A DNA stretch of 63,923 bases, the filler included, from Saprolegnia diclina VS20 (lineage: Eukaryota), in the NCBI RefSeq assembly GCF_000281045.1. It is 3 parts of 2 records of this genome, joined end to end, with 100 filler letters (N's around TTAATTAATTAA, not from the genome) between each part and the next. Parts side by side here need not be neighbours in the genome. Positions count along the whole stretch, not along the records: positions 1 to 23,939 come from NW_008246074.1; positions 24,040 to 53,475 come from NW_008246074.1; 1 more part is not named here. One strand, written 5' to 3'. The notes under the pieces are model-generated. The model worked only from the letters and a program-made list of their open reading frames with translations, ran no database searches and had not been told where the DNA came from. Of this stretch, positions 12,387 through 24,922 are shown piece after piece (position 1 is the first letter of the stretch; each line of letters begins with the position of its first letter). The translations under genes and the position numbers were made by a program.

Positions 12387-12849
12387 CCAATGGCAGCCAA
12401 TCGAATGGCGTGCTCAGCTATATTTCAGCCAATCAAAACGCGACATGCGCGCCCCGAACGCCGTTGAAGCTCCTCGCCCAATCTCCGCTTCAAGGAAAAA
12501 TAAAAATAAAATAAAATCACCGTAAAATGATGATCATCAATCAACACCACGCGCGATGTGGCAGAAGTTGGGTTCTGATTTTATTAAATTCAGCGTCATA
12601 AAATAACGCAGTCGATGGACACGGTCGAGCTCTGACGCAAAACAATAAAATACATACAAACACCAAGTGCATGGTGGCCGCACCGATGTGTCCAGCGTGC
12701 TACTTTATTAAATGGAAACATATTTTAATACTACTCGACGCTCCACCTGGATGGAGACCGATTGGTTCCTGGGACAACTTCAACTGTACCTCACCTGTGA
12801 TTGGCTATTAGTGAGCACCGGATGGGCGTGCGGCGTGCGTTCTCATTGG
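12387..12849. promoter_or_regulatory. Divergent promoter with two mirror-oriented clusters of three CCAAT boxes
   Basis: CCAAT at 12387, 12397 and 12429, and ATTGG at 12761, 12800 and 12845, flank an AT-rich spacer between the divergent IQ and HAD genes. Confidence 0.55.
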
Positions 12850-13023
12850 CTGAAATGTAATTTTCGTATTTTTTTCGACGTCCCATACTGAAATCAAGTC
12901 TATTTGACGTCCTTGAAGTTCCGGGCATATCTTTGTCCGTCTGAGTTTAAAACACGCGAGCCCGTTTTGCGATCTTGACAGTTGGCAACTTGCAACAACT
13001 AACCTTCTTCCAGCAACAACCTC

Positions 13024-13713
13024 ATGGTCACCGTCGTCCGTCGCCCTTGCGCCTTGCCGCGCCCGACGTACGAGCCGGTCCGCCCGCCCGCGCCGTCGAC
13101 CGTCATCGTGCTCGACTGGGACGACACGCTCTTCCCCAACTCGCACCTCACTCGGCGCAACTACCCGCTCGAGGAAGGCTGCTTTGTCTTGACGCAGCAT
13201 GACCATCTCCTGCTCATGAAGCTCATCGACCTCATCGCCGCCTTCTTGGCCTCGTGCATTGAGGCCAACCGTGCCTGCATCATTATCACCAACGGCGAAG
13301 CGGGCTGGGTCGAGGCATCGTGCGCGCGCTTCATGCCCTCGCTGCTGCCTCTTCTCTCGAACATCCAGATCGTCTCGGCGCGAACTGCGTTCGAGGCCAC
13401 GTACCCGGTCGACGAGTGGAAGGTCGCATGCTTCACGTCGGAGCTCGCTAAGATCATGGGCCAGAAGAGCCATGCGCAGCAACACATCATTTCGATTGGC
13501 GACTCGCACTACGAGCGCGTCGCGCTCCAAGCGTTCTCATGCAAGATGCCCTTGGCGAAGACCAAGTCGGTCAAGTTTGTGCACGTGCCAAGCATGGAGG
13601 ACCTCATCCGCCAGGTCAAGCTCATCCAGACGTACCTCGGCCATCTCTGCACGCACCCGGGGCACCTCGACTTGATTCTGTCCCATGACCTCCTCCGCGA
13701 TGTTGCGGTCTAG
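13024..13713 (+). CDS. HAD-superfamily-like protein (DWDDT family), intronless
   Basis: HAD motif I VLDWDDTLFP, motif II IIITNG, motif III Lys (EWK), and motif IV ISIGDS..ER. Confidence 0.8.
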   Translation: MVTVVRRPCALPRPTYEPVRPPAPSTVIVLDWDDTLFPNSHLTRRNYPLEEGCFVLTQHDHLLLMKLIDLIAAFLASCIEANRACIIITNGEAGWVEASCARFMPSLLPLLSNIQIVSARTAFEATYPVDEWKVACFTSELAKIMGQKSHAQQHIISIGDSHYERVALQAFSCKMPLAKTKSVKFVHVPSMEDLIRQVKLIQTYLGHLCTHPGHLDLILSHDLLRDVAV

Positions 13714-13916
13714 AGCGTGTATTATTATTCTTTTTACTTTTTTAATTTAATGATTCCGGAACATTCATTTGCCACCGCGTGTCTTTTTCCCCTCATGTGA
13801 GTTTTCTCCCACGGACAAAAAACACGCAACAAAGAATACGACAACCTAGATATTTATTCCAAGGGACAAAACCACGCTTCATTTCCCACACGTGGAAAAC
13901 GCAGCATGTGAAAAAC

Positions 13917-16900
13917 CTACGCCGCCGAGTCGGCCTGACGACGATGGATCTCATGCGTAAAGAGCTAGCAGCAGTAAGAAGAGGATACGAATGGTCGATC
14001 TACCTGGCAGGCCTGGGCGTACTCGGCGTTGTTGGCGAGCCCGAGGCTCTCAAAAGCCTGCGGCTGGTCCGTCTGCAGGGCTATAACAAGAAGCATGAGA
14101 CGTCCACCTCGCCAGGTCGCAAATGTACCATGCATGGTCTGGAGGAAGAGCGCGAATTCATCAATGTTGTCTATTCTGCTGAAGTAGTCCTTGTCGTCGT
14201 CGTCAAAGTACGCGTCCGAGCCGCCCTAGATCGAGTTTGCACCGTTGGCGTACTATCAATGTATCAAGCGTACCTTGCCGAGATCGCGGAGAATGCTCGC
14301 GTACTCTTCTTCCTTGAGCGACGTGTCGGCGTCTTCGCCCGAGTCGTACCCGCCTTGGTCAATGAGTGCCTTGAGCGTCTCGTCGTTGCGGTCCTGGTAC
14401 GACCGCAGTCCGTCATCGGTCGAGTGGCGGCTTGCCTCGACAATGTGCGTGAGCTTTTGCAGCACGAGCATGACAATGTTGGCAAATTGCGCCTGGATAC
14501 AAATGATCCAAGATGATCCAAGATGGTATCCAACATACCTGGACGACAGCCGGGAGCTCGGCCTGGGGCACGCGGAGGAGCGAGACCATGCCGAGTACAA
14601 ACACCTTTTGCTCCGAGTAGCGCGTGCGCACGTCGGCATTCCGCAAGAGCGAGTTGAGGACCGGGTCGACGACCGTCATCTTGTCGAGCACCGAGAGCGT
14701 CAAGGGCACACTGTAGTGCAGCGCCGAGAGCACGACCCCGAGGAGCGACGTGACGACGCGCGTGTCATGCTGCGGCGTGCGGCTGAGGCGCATGCACACG
14801 AGCTGCAAACACGGCGGCACAAACATATCGATGCCGTCGCAGTTGAAGAGGATGCAGTCCATGGTCTGGCACGCGCCCCAGACGTCTTCTTCGTCGACCT
14901 CGGGCTTGTGCAAGAGCTTGCGCACAAAGTTGAACACGAGCTCGAGGTACGAGATGCGCTTGACGCCGGTCGGCAAGTTGACTTGGAGCACGCCTTGGAG
15001 GAACCCGTTGGCGTCGCGGCCAATGACGCTAAAGAGGACAGCGACGAACGAGTGCATGTACTCGCTGCCCCACGCGTCCGCACCGCGGAAGAGCGACGGG
15101 AAGAGGAGCCACACTTTCGGGTGGATCGACTTGGAGTAAAACGTGATCGACTTGACGATATCGAGCGCCGGTTCGACAAAGTCAATGTAGCTGTCCGAGC
15201 TCAACAAGAGGTGAAGAATCGGAATGAGCGCGTCGAGGAGCGGTTCGAAGAGCTCCGGGTGGTTGTAAATGCTCATGAGCACCGTGTTGATCGTGTCGAG
15301 GCACGACGCGGCCGTCAAGCACGCGTCGTCTTCGTCGTCTTCCGCGTCCAGACACTGCTTGAAGCGCTGGCTCAAGCGCAAGACGAGCTGGACCGCGTAC
15401 GGACCCATTTCGTCGCAAAACTGATCGATGAGCTGCTCGAGCGCCAAAATGACTTCGTCCGAGAAGCCCATGTCGTCCATGATCTTGAAGAATTGCTCGA
15501 GGACCGTCGGCAGCACAGGGCGAAGCACATCGAGCACGATCGTCGTGTGGTTGTACATGACAAGGTGGCGAAAGCTCTTGGCGGCTTCAATGCGCACGGG
15601 CAAATCCGGGTCCTGGAGCGTTGCGAGCACACAGCTCACGAGCTGCGTCATGGTCGAGTCTTGAAACACGAGCTTGGTCATGTAGTTGCGCGATACCATC
15701 TTGGTCGCACGGAGACGCATGTACCCCCGGGGGCTCTGGAAGGCCGGGAGCACATGCGCAAGCACGATCGACTCCATTTGCGACTGGTGGGCGGGCGACA
15801 GCGTCAGGAAGGCATCGAGGGCACCGAGTGCATGCAAGGCGGCCTCTTTTTGGATCCAGCCGTCGTCGTCGTTGGCCGGCGTCACGAGAATGTGGTTGTA
15901 AAACCCGAGCACTTTCGAGACGCAGTGCTTCCCGCGCTTGGTGCAGAGGTCCGAGAGGAGCGTCTCGGCCGCATAGACCGGGTGGAGGTATTCGCCCATG
16001 ACGTCGTTGGTGCGGCGGACGTATTCTTGCGGGTCGGCTTCGTACACGGCGAGGTCGGACGGCGTGAGACACATGACGGGGTGGAGGACCTTGAACAGCA
16101 CAAAGTCCAGATGCGGCAACAGCTGCTGGTACGACGCGCCCGAGATGATGGCTTCTTGGAGGTACACGAGGCAGAGCTGGACGACGCGGTCCGGGCAAAA
16201 GTGGCCTTGCGGACGCAGCGCCAGCGTCTCGAGCACCGAGACGAGCAGATGCGGCGCGATCGTCGACCGAAAGAACGTCGCCATCTCCTGGGACGCGGTT
16301 GCATGCTTGGGGTTGCCCCACGACGTGTAAAAGCGCGAGATGATCTGGATACCCCACTTCTTGGCCTTCCACCACGGATGGCGGTGGCGCGTCTCTTCGT
16401 CGTCGGGCGATGTGGGCCCCGGCAGCTCGGGCATGGGCTTCGACATGAGCGTCTTGAGCAGTTCCATCCAGCCCGTCATCTCTTCGGTCGTCAAGTATGG
16501 CGGCAGCGTGCACTGTACGCATGACCAAAAGATCTTGCAGATCAAGTGCACCATGTGCCCCGCCTCGATCGACGGGTTACTACAATCGCGTTCTGAGATG
16601 ACGACAAGAAAGACTTGGAGGACAAGGAGGTCTACCTCAAGAGCTGCTGCAGCATCGTACGAAGGAGCGGGAACGTCGCGACCACAATCACGTTGAGCGT
16701 CTCGCGTTGCTACATACCACCATGTGAATCATCCGAGCGTATAGGAGAAGAGCGTACCGTGGGCGGTTTGTACTCGTAAATCTTGACGACCTTGCGGAGG
16801 GCGAGCAGCGCCTACCCATGTCCTCGATGCATCCAAGCGCATAAGCTTCACGAGACGTACGTTGCAGATGCGGTGCGGGTCGCCGCACTGGAGCGTCGCG

Positions 16901-17360
16901 CGAATGTCTTCGATGAGCGTCGGCCATCGCTCCTGCATCATGCGCGTTCATCCCGCGGCTATGAACCTGAAAAGACACGTACAGGAAAGTCTTGGCGCGC
17001 GATAATGTTGACGGACTCGACCATGAGGTTCTGGATTGAGTTGACGTGCGAGTCAAAGAGGCCTTGGAGGATAAACTTGCGGTACTCGTCCTTGTCGGCG
17101 TCCGGGAAGACGGCCTCGGGCTCGACGGGATGGCAGTCGCTGTCGTGGCCCCAATGGCCCTGGATGAGGTTCTTGAGCAAAATCGCCGCCGCCTGCTGGA
17201 TCTCGCGCTGGACGTCCGGCCGCGTTGCGAGCTCCACGAGCAGCACGACCGAGCCGCGCACGCTGTGGAGGCCGCTGATGGCCGCCTCCGCCGCCGAGCG
17301 CGCGCCCGCGTCCTCGCTAAAGGTGTGCAGTAGGATGTTGTGCAGCGTCGCCGAGTCCAT
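13917..17360 (-). CDS. Importin-7/8 family karyopherin (Nmd5/Sxm1/SAD2-like), multi-exon
   Basis: IBN_N segment QQAAAILLKNLI..HW, DFPERWP, ICKIFWS, HPWWKAKKW, DPQEYVR, KEAAL, DLPVRIEAA, and an acidic C-terminus. The last exon LFTHEIHRRQADSAA* ends at 13917. Confidence 0.92.
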
Positions 17361-18060
17361 ATCTTCCGTCGTCAGTCTTGGGCGTCGGCCGTGGGGGCGA
17401 AGTCGGATCTTGCGGCCGGGGCACAATATATATTGAATATATTGGATTCATGGACCCGTTCGGGCGGCTCGATTCGGTGGCTCAAAACCCGCCAAATGCG
17501 ATCGCCACGTGGCCCCATACAAACCGCAAGTCAAACGCCGATCTCGAATTCGGTTGCCAGCGAGTGCAAGAAGGGAATTGCCCGCTTGATCGCACCCAAC
17601 TTGTCGGACCAGCCTGTGCTGGCGGGAAGGAACCAGAGCTTGCAAGCGGCTGACGACTCGTTCTTCTGCACACCACCCACTGCATCCGACCCCGCGTCCT
17701 TGGCGGCCCTCTCTAACGTAGTCATATTGGATCGCCCCATCCAATATTCCAATATTATGTGGTCGGGCGATGCAACCTGAAGTAGGTAATATAGTTGGGT
17801 TTTTATGGGACCTCGTGGTCGTTGACACGTAGTGTACAGTGCAGCAGTAAGAACTTGGCGTGCGCCTAGGACGTTGCGTCCTAGCGTCGATCGAGGATGT
17901 TAGTGGTATCGCCACGGTGCCCCGCCTGTCTCGCCTCGGTGGTCGCTGAGATCTGAATGGCTTTGCCAGTGGATGCGACGAGCTGTCGTGGATCGTCTGG
18001 CGAGTTGGGTGGAATTAGCCGCTTGAAACCGCGCGCCAGCGTTTCAGAAAGGCCGAGCAC

Positions 18061-20904
18061 ATGGGCCGGCGCCGCACCGTGGTCGCGCCCGAAGGCAAGC
18101 GCACGAGCCTCGTGTACACCAAGCCCATAATTGTGGCGCCCGTCACAGCGCCCAAAGCGCCGGCCGCCGAGCTCGACATGGGCGAGCGCAAGCGCCAGCT
18201 CGTGGCCAACGTCCCGATCCTGAGTACGACCATATCCGCTTCGGCGATGCTGCGAATGACGATGACATAGCCATGGCGATCGCATCTGGGACGCTGAGCA
18301 CGCAGCTCATGGACGCGCTGACGCCACTGCACTTTGACAACGGCGTCTTCATCGTACGGCAAGGCGAGAATGACACGGACATCTACATCGTCGAGAGTGG
18401 CACGGTCCAGATCACGCGCGCGCGGCTCAAGAAGCTCAACAAGGACGACCAGCAGCAAGTGTCGACGCGCACCGAGTTCGAGTACTTTGGTACTCTTCGG
18501 TCTCAACTCGTGGACATGACCTTCTCTCGACGCTAGGCGAGTCGGCCTTTGCGTACGCGCTCTCGGTGCAGCGCACGGCCAACGCGATTGCCGTCGGCGA
18601 TGTCAAGTGCTTTGCCATGTCGCTGCACCACTGCAATGTGTACCTCGGCGCTGTCCGGGATCTCATGCGCTACCGCCTTCAGATGCGCGAGAACGGCGTG
18701 CTCGACAACCTCAACGTCTTTTCCGCGCTGACGCTGCCCCAGCGCGGCCGCATGCTCGGGCTCTCGACGCTACGCGCGTACGAGGATGGCGCGTACGTCT
18801 GCAAGCTCGGCGAAATGGACGACCAGTACTTTGTCCTTGTCGAGGTAGATGCGTCGACCATTGCGAGTGGTTTGGCCAGCGATACGTGCGCAGGGCGAAG
18901 CCAAAATCTGCATCCGGCCCAACGGCGTCGAAGTCGAGCTGCTTCGAAAAGTGTCCTTCCAAGGGTTTGGGGAGATGGGCCTCTTCGGCAAGCCCCGGAC
19001 GGCCGGTAACAAGCATGCGGTCCGTTCAACATGTCTCATAGTCGCGCTAGATGTCATTGCGGTCGGACCCATCGTATGCATCATCATGAACCGAGAGAGC
19101 TTTGTGAAAGCGCAAACGGGCGGCGCGCACGACGCCGATGGCGGTGTCATGGCGACGACCGTCTCGAACGAGTGGAGCATGTTGCGGCGGCTCGAGGCCA
19201 TGCACAGCAACCCGCGGGTCGTCGAGCACCTCGTCAAGCTCGTGCGCAAATTCCAGTCGATTCAAACGCAGAAATTTGCCGGCAAAACCATGTACACCGA
19301 CTTGTACCGGCGCGTGTTTGCCAACCCACGGCTTGCGCTCGGGTTTCCGTCGATCTCGAACCGCATCGACTGGTTCGACCCGATCTCGGCGCGCAAGGTC
19401 ATTCGCTTCGAAACCAAGCGCATTCTCAACACCGAGCCGTCGAGAGATCGCCCGCCGGACGACGTCGCCTTCCTCGGGCGGCTCGCCGAGACGTCGACGC
19501 TCCTCGAAAAATTTCGCACCGACGACACCAAGCGCGACGGCAAGTTCCTCATGGCGGCGCAGCTCGCGCGGCTCATGGAATTTGCGATCGTCCGCCGTGG
19601 CAAGTACATTTTCAAGCAAAACTCGATCGAAGGCAAGGCCTACATGGTGCTCAGCGGCGACGTCAGCGTCGTCTTTGAGGACGGCGATGGCAGCGTCGGC
19701 CATGTGGTCGCGACCTTGACAGGCGGCGACAGCTTTGGCGAGCTCACGCTGGTCACCAACATGCCGCGGTCGGCGTCGGCGGTCGCGGCCACCGACGTCG
19801 AGCTCATCGTGCTCCAGCGCCGCCACTTTGCGCGGCTCCTTCCCGGGTTTCGCATTCGGCATTATATCATTGAGCGCGCCGATTACCTCCACGAGCTGTA
19901 CCCCAAGGCCGACCACAAAGCGTGCATCCGGGTTGCGTTCGATATGACCGAGGGTACGTACCACGCGCAGCACATCTTCCTGCGCCACGGCCACCACGCG
20001 CCCAGCTTCTTTCTCCTCCTTGCGGGCGTTGTCGGAGTCTACAAGCCGGCGCCAGATGACAGTCGGGGTGTCGTGCACGTCGGGAGCCTCGGCCCTCAGC
20101 AGTTTTTTGGCGCCAGCGTCTTTGCGCTCCATGATACTGAAGACGCAACGTACATGGCGACAACGACCGTCACGGTGCTCGAGCTTAGCGATGCCAAGGC
20201 GCGCCGCATGGACCTGCACATGATCCAAGCAACGACGGCAGCGTTGACGGCGCGGGCCAACTGGGAGACGTCGGTCGTCGCCAGGACAACGTCGCCAGCT
20301 TTGGTGTTTGACCCGATCTGCCCGTGGGCCTTTCTGGTGAGCCCGTAGCGACGCGCGTCAAGGGTGCGAGACGTGTGTATAGGGCGACGACAAGACGCAG
20401 CTCCAGCACCAAGTTGACAATTTGCTAGACGCCGCCCGCACCGAGAGCGGCGGCGTGCAGTGGGCGATGACGAAACAAAAGAAGAGCCAAAGCGAGGTTC
20501 GAAGTCCACGCGGAACACGAGACAAAGTACCGTGGAGCGAGCCCGTGTTTCCGCTGCCAACCAACGACTCCAAGAAGCCGCTCCTTGGGTCGTTTCTTTC
20601 GCGGAAGCTCCAGAGCTACCAAATGGTGACGGCGGTCGTGCCGGTCAAGCGACTCCTCGCGCCACTGCAAGCACCGATCGAGATGCCATCCAGTCCGGCG
20701 ACACCACGCATCGCCAAGCACCACCACCGACGGGCGTCCGTGCCATGGGCCATGGCGGCTGAGAAAGCAACGTCGGCGCCCGAGCCCGAGGTCGACGAGA
20801 CGGATGCGGACGACGACGAAGACTACGTCATCGACTGGAATACCGACGACTGCAGCGACGTGTGGAAATTCGACCGCGTGCACGATGACAACTTGTATTT
20901 ATAA
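18061..20904 (+). CDS. Protein with four cyclic-nucleotide-binding (cNMP) domains, multi-exon
   Basis: Domain 1: IVRQGE..IYIVESG..FGESAF..RTANA. Domain 2: YFVLVEGE..FGEMGLFGKPRTADV. Domain 3: YIFKQN..YMVLSG..FGELTLVTNMPRSASA. Domain 4 is degenerate (FFLLLAG..FFGAS). Confidence 0.85.
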
Positions 20905-21161
20905 CCGTCCGAGATCGATACATTGATAGTTTTCCAAAAAGATCAGCCACATGCGAGATCCGGGCCCCAGGGAACACGCGTTCCTTCTCCTATCCCTTCT
21001 CTGTCCCGACGGTCGAGAGCCTGGTCGTCGTGAGCTCGTGGTTTCTGAAGTTTGGGCACTTGATAGCTTGATACTAGTGTATATATATTCACGTGATGAA
21101 GGTGCGTAGGAATGGCAGGATAAAAGCCACGCAATAGACAGAGACAGACAACGATGACGCG

Positions 21162-23025
21162 CTACCACTGAAGCACGGGCGGCAAGTACTTGGCACAGAG
21201 GCTCTGATAGTAGGGCAATGCCGCGTCAACGTCGATAGCGTCGAGGTCGCATGCCGTCGGTGGAACCCGACCATAGTGCAAGCCGCGCAGCTACAAAGTA
21301 TCATTGTATCAATATCAAAATTCGAAGAAACGCTGCAATTACCATGTCTTGGACGTCCAGGTCGTCGGGCGTCGCGAGGTCGGCGTACGCATCGTGTTGG
21401 TGCCACACGTGGCACGAGAAGAAGCGCAGAAGCGGCAGCGCCTCGTCCGGCAGCTGCGTCTTGTTCCCAGAAAGCACAAGGAACAAATACTCTTCCGGTG
21501 TCCACGGCATGACGACCTGGGCCATCCCTGCGCCGGCTTCGTACTTGGCTGCTGGCGTCTTGTGGTCGGCATTGAGTGCGTTGAGACTCGGGTGCGCGAT
21601 CGTGTCGGGAATCGGCACGCCCATGACCCACGTTGACGTCTCGTCGAGCCACCGCGTGGCCGAGATACCGCGCAAGACGACGCTGTCTTGGTCGTCGGAC
21701 CAGAGCAGGAAGAGCATGCCCAGGGCGCGCCTACTCGCACGATATCACTACCGGAATACCATCGCATATGCCACGTACAAAAACACAAGCAGTTGCATCC
21801 AATCGGGATGACCCTCGGCGCGAATGGCGTTGCCGTCGTACAGCATGTGCTTCAACAGTTGACTCGTGGCTGCCGCACCCGACTCGCCGTTGAGGCGGAG
21901 CAGCGCCTTGCATGCATCGTCGATCGAGAGCGCGTCGTGGTGGAGCCCCGCAAACATGGCCGCCTGCGCTTGGGCAAAGCGCATGGTCTGGTACTTGCGC
22001 AGGAGCTTGGCATGCACCGGCGTGGCCTGCGTCTTGTCGCACGTGAGCATGCTGATCGCGTCGCCGTCCCACGCGATAGGCTCGGCCGAGATGGTAAGGC
22101 CGCGAGCGCTGTCGAGCCCGAGGTAGTTGCCGTGGAAGCTGCGCAGCGCGACGCCGCCTGACGTGGGATGCGCGAGAACGTCAAACGTCTCCCATGTCGA
22201 GTTGACAAAGCGGTCGGCGAGGACGTTGCCGATGGGCTCGACGCAGAGAAACTTGCCGTGCGCACTGCGTAGCGAGATGGTCCCGCCCTTGAGCGTCGAG
22301 TTGGTCGAGCCGAGCAGCATGGTCTGCCAGAAGGCGTCACGGGACTTGCCCGTGGTCGTGTCGATCATGCCGTCTTCGGACGCGACGACAAAGACGCCGT
22401 CCATCGTCCGCAGCGAGATCATGCAGAACGAGTGCGGACCCATGGACTCGAGCGGGATAGGCTCCTTGGCCTATAGAGAGAACCATGACGATGCGAAGAT
22501 ATGCTTCTACGTACGTGAAGCGGCAGTGCCATGGGCACCTTCCGGAAACTCTGCGTGTCGTTGTACAGGAAGAGAATCTTGGCGTTGGGCTTGACCGTGA
22601 AGCCCCACGTCTCGTAGAGGCCGACGAGCTTCTTATGCCTGCAATCGCATGAGCCTCGTAATGGCCAAAGTGGAGGAAGGTATATACCGGCGTGTGTCTT
22701 CTTCGGCCTCGAGCACGAGCTCCGTGATGTTGCGCGCTTGCAGCGTCGCTGTCGTCGCGAGGAAGAGTAGCTTAGAGAGGCCCATGTTGCGGTAGTTTTG
22801 GTTGATGTCGATGACCTTGATGTGGGCAGAGTGGTTGGCTTCAAGCGTAAAAATGAGCTTCCCGATGGCGCCGCGCCGCGTGTCGGTGAAAAGGACCCAC
22901 TTGAGCTCCTTAGCGCGGACGTCCTCGGAGAACTGGAGCCGGAAGCACGCGCTGCTGCCGTCGAGGACCTCGCGCAGGTCGACCTGCCCGGCGAGACGGA
23001 GCGGCTCGTCCTGGTTGCTGCTCAT
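21162..23025 (-). CDS. Fusion protein: GNAT N-acetyltransferase + fascin-like beta-trefoil + myo-inositol oxygenase (MIOX)-like domain with degenerate active site
   Basis: GNAT: IKVIDINQNYRNMGLSKLLF...LVGLYETWGF. Fascin-like repeats: ISLRSAHGKFLCVE, WETFDV, VALRSFHGNYLG. MIOX-like: YQTMRFA, KHMLYDGNAIRAEGHPDWMQL, VVMPWTPEEYLF, LPDEALPLLRFFS.HVWH, LPYYQSLCAKYLP.VLQW*. Four short introns join these in frame. Confidence 0.85.
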
Positions 23026-23939
23026 ACTCACGAGTTGGGAATTTCTTGTCTCGTGCGCTGGCCAGCGCGAGCTTTTATTTCCAAAATATCGAAGGAGTAT
23101 AGAAACCTCAAGCTATAAAAAAGATCGATCGAAAGTTTAAATAGAGCCAATCGAAAAAGCTCTGGGAATGACAGGTGGTCGCATTATGGCCAATGGCATC
23201 GCTTCCTTTTCGATAGTTCAACCTGGTTCTTACTCGGAGCAAGCCATCAAAGCGGTGGCATCACGGTCGCATGCATGTACCCTTGTGGTAGAACGCGCAG
23301 GCAGCTAGCTGCTTCAACGGGCGCTGTCGAGCATATAGCCATTGTATGCATGCCTCACGATTGGCTATCTAGTCCATCTCAGCGTTTCACTGGTTCGGTG
23401 CTGGCGGCCAACGTTTGCACAACCACGAACGTCGACACGACGGCCATCCGCGACCGCGACGAGGCTTGTCGAGCTGCAACGGCTCTCCTAGACTGTCCGA
23501 CTAGCAAGTACTGAGCGTAAGTTTACTAGTACATCAACCATGGAGATACACAACGTCATGCAAGCGCCGCAGACGTATCCGCACTAACTCATAACTAAAT
23601 GGACGCACAACGCGTTGCTCTCAATGTTGATAAGGTGGTACGTTGGTGTCGATCTAGTTAAGCAAAGAGCCAAATGTGCAGTGTGTTGCGTGTCGGATAT
23701 ACTCCTACAGACACAGTCCTCCTCGTCGACCGCAAGAGGAAGACTCGAAAGCTCATTGTCTGTCTCCGTCAATGTCGCTCAATTGAACACTCCTGTAGAA
23801 TCTGTCGCATACGCAGCTCCACTTTGATCAACAACGATCGTTTCTTCGGTGATCACTGATGGCATTTGCACATGTGACGTCATGCCATTTCCAGTGTAAC
23901 TATATTGCGGCGGGGTAAACATGTGGTGGAACGTATGCT

Positions 23940-24039
23940 NNNNNNNNNNNNNNNNNNNNNNNNNNNNNNNNNNNNNNNNNNNNTTAATTAATTAANNNNN
24001 NNNNNNNNNNNNNNNNNNNNNNNNNNNNNNNNNNNNNNN
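23940..24039. other. Assembly gap: 100-nt N spacer with TTAATTAATTAA six-frame stop linker
   Basis: N run with TTAATTAATTAA at 23984..23995. Confidence 0.97.
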
Positions 24040-24197
24040 GCGTCATAGTCGTTGACGCAGTCGTTGCCGCCAATGTACAAGAGCCCATCGAGGAGCCGTG
24101 TCGCGTTGTGCTGGATCGAGAGCGACCGCATCGTACTCAAGCGCGGCTTCTTGGGGACCACGTCGCTCTCGCCGCTCGCGTCGTGGCTGCGCTGCAT
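24040..24197 (-). CDS. 5' fragment of a probable dual-specificity phosphatase, truncated by the assembly gap
   Basis: MQRSHD...HNATRLLDGLLYIGG resembles the start of the DSP domain (..I.D.LYIG). A possible C-terminal exon (…GVFN*) ends at 23779 on the other side of the gap. Confidence 0.5.
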
Positions 24198-24542
24198 CCC
24201 AAGTCGCAAAGTTCGACGCCCTCGCTGACCCCAAGACGTTCGAATTTCGATCGAACGATAAATCAGCTTTGTTCATTCCCAGACGGTTCTGGAAGCTTGC
24301 TGTAGGAGTACCAAGGCCTTGGGAGTAGCTTGCTTGTTTGGTCTGCCGTCCGACACACAACTTGCACCACAGCGATTTCTAATAAAAAGCAGGCTTATCT
24401 AACAAAAGATACGTGGCAGCGCCACACATGCACACATTGCGCGCACTTGCATGGAAAGCAACGTTGTTGTAGCAGAGCGGCCAAACGCAGCGTCACCAAC
24501 ACGCTCGGCACACAAGTGGCGCCGGTACCAATCATGCAATAA

Positions 24543-24863
24543 NNNNNNNNNNNNNNNNNNNNNNNNNNNNNNNNNNNNNNNNNNNNNNNNNNNNNNNNNN
24601 NNNNNNNNNNNNNNNNNNNNNNNNNNNNNNNNNNNNNNNNNNNNNNNNNNNNNNNNNNNNNNNNNNNNNNNNNNNNNNNNNNNNNNNNNNNNNNNNNNNN
24701 NNNNNNNNNNNNNNNNNNNNNNNNNNNNNNNNNNNNNNNNNNNNNNNNNNNNNNNNNNNNNNNNNNNNNNNNNNNNNNNNNNNNNNNNNNNNNNNNNNNN
24801 NNNNNNNNNNNNNNNNNNNNNNNNNNNNNNNNNNNNNNNNNNNNNNNNNNNNNNNNNNNNNNN
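24543..24863. other. Assembly gap (N run)
   Basis: Continuous Ns. Confidence 0.98.
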
Positions 24864-24922
24864 TTTACGCTGGAAGATCGCCAAAGGTCAAAGATCGCAG
24901 AAGGTCGTGGCAGCGAAGCGGC

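Noticed and set aside
14245..16524. 759-aa plus-strand ORF
   Set aside because: It is the antisense shadow of the importin gene. GC3-rich codon bias suppresses antisense stops, and it has no recognisable motifs.
23984..23995. TTAATTAATTAA palindrome (also at 53520..53531)
   Set aside because: It is an artificial six-frame-stop linker embedded in N gaps, not biological.
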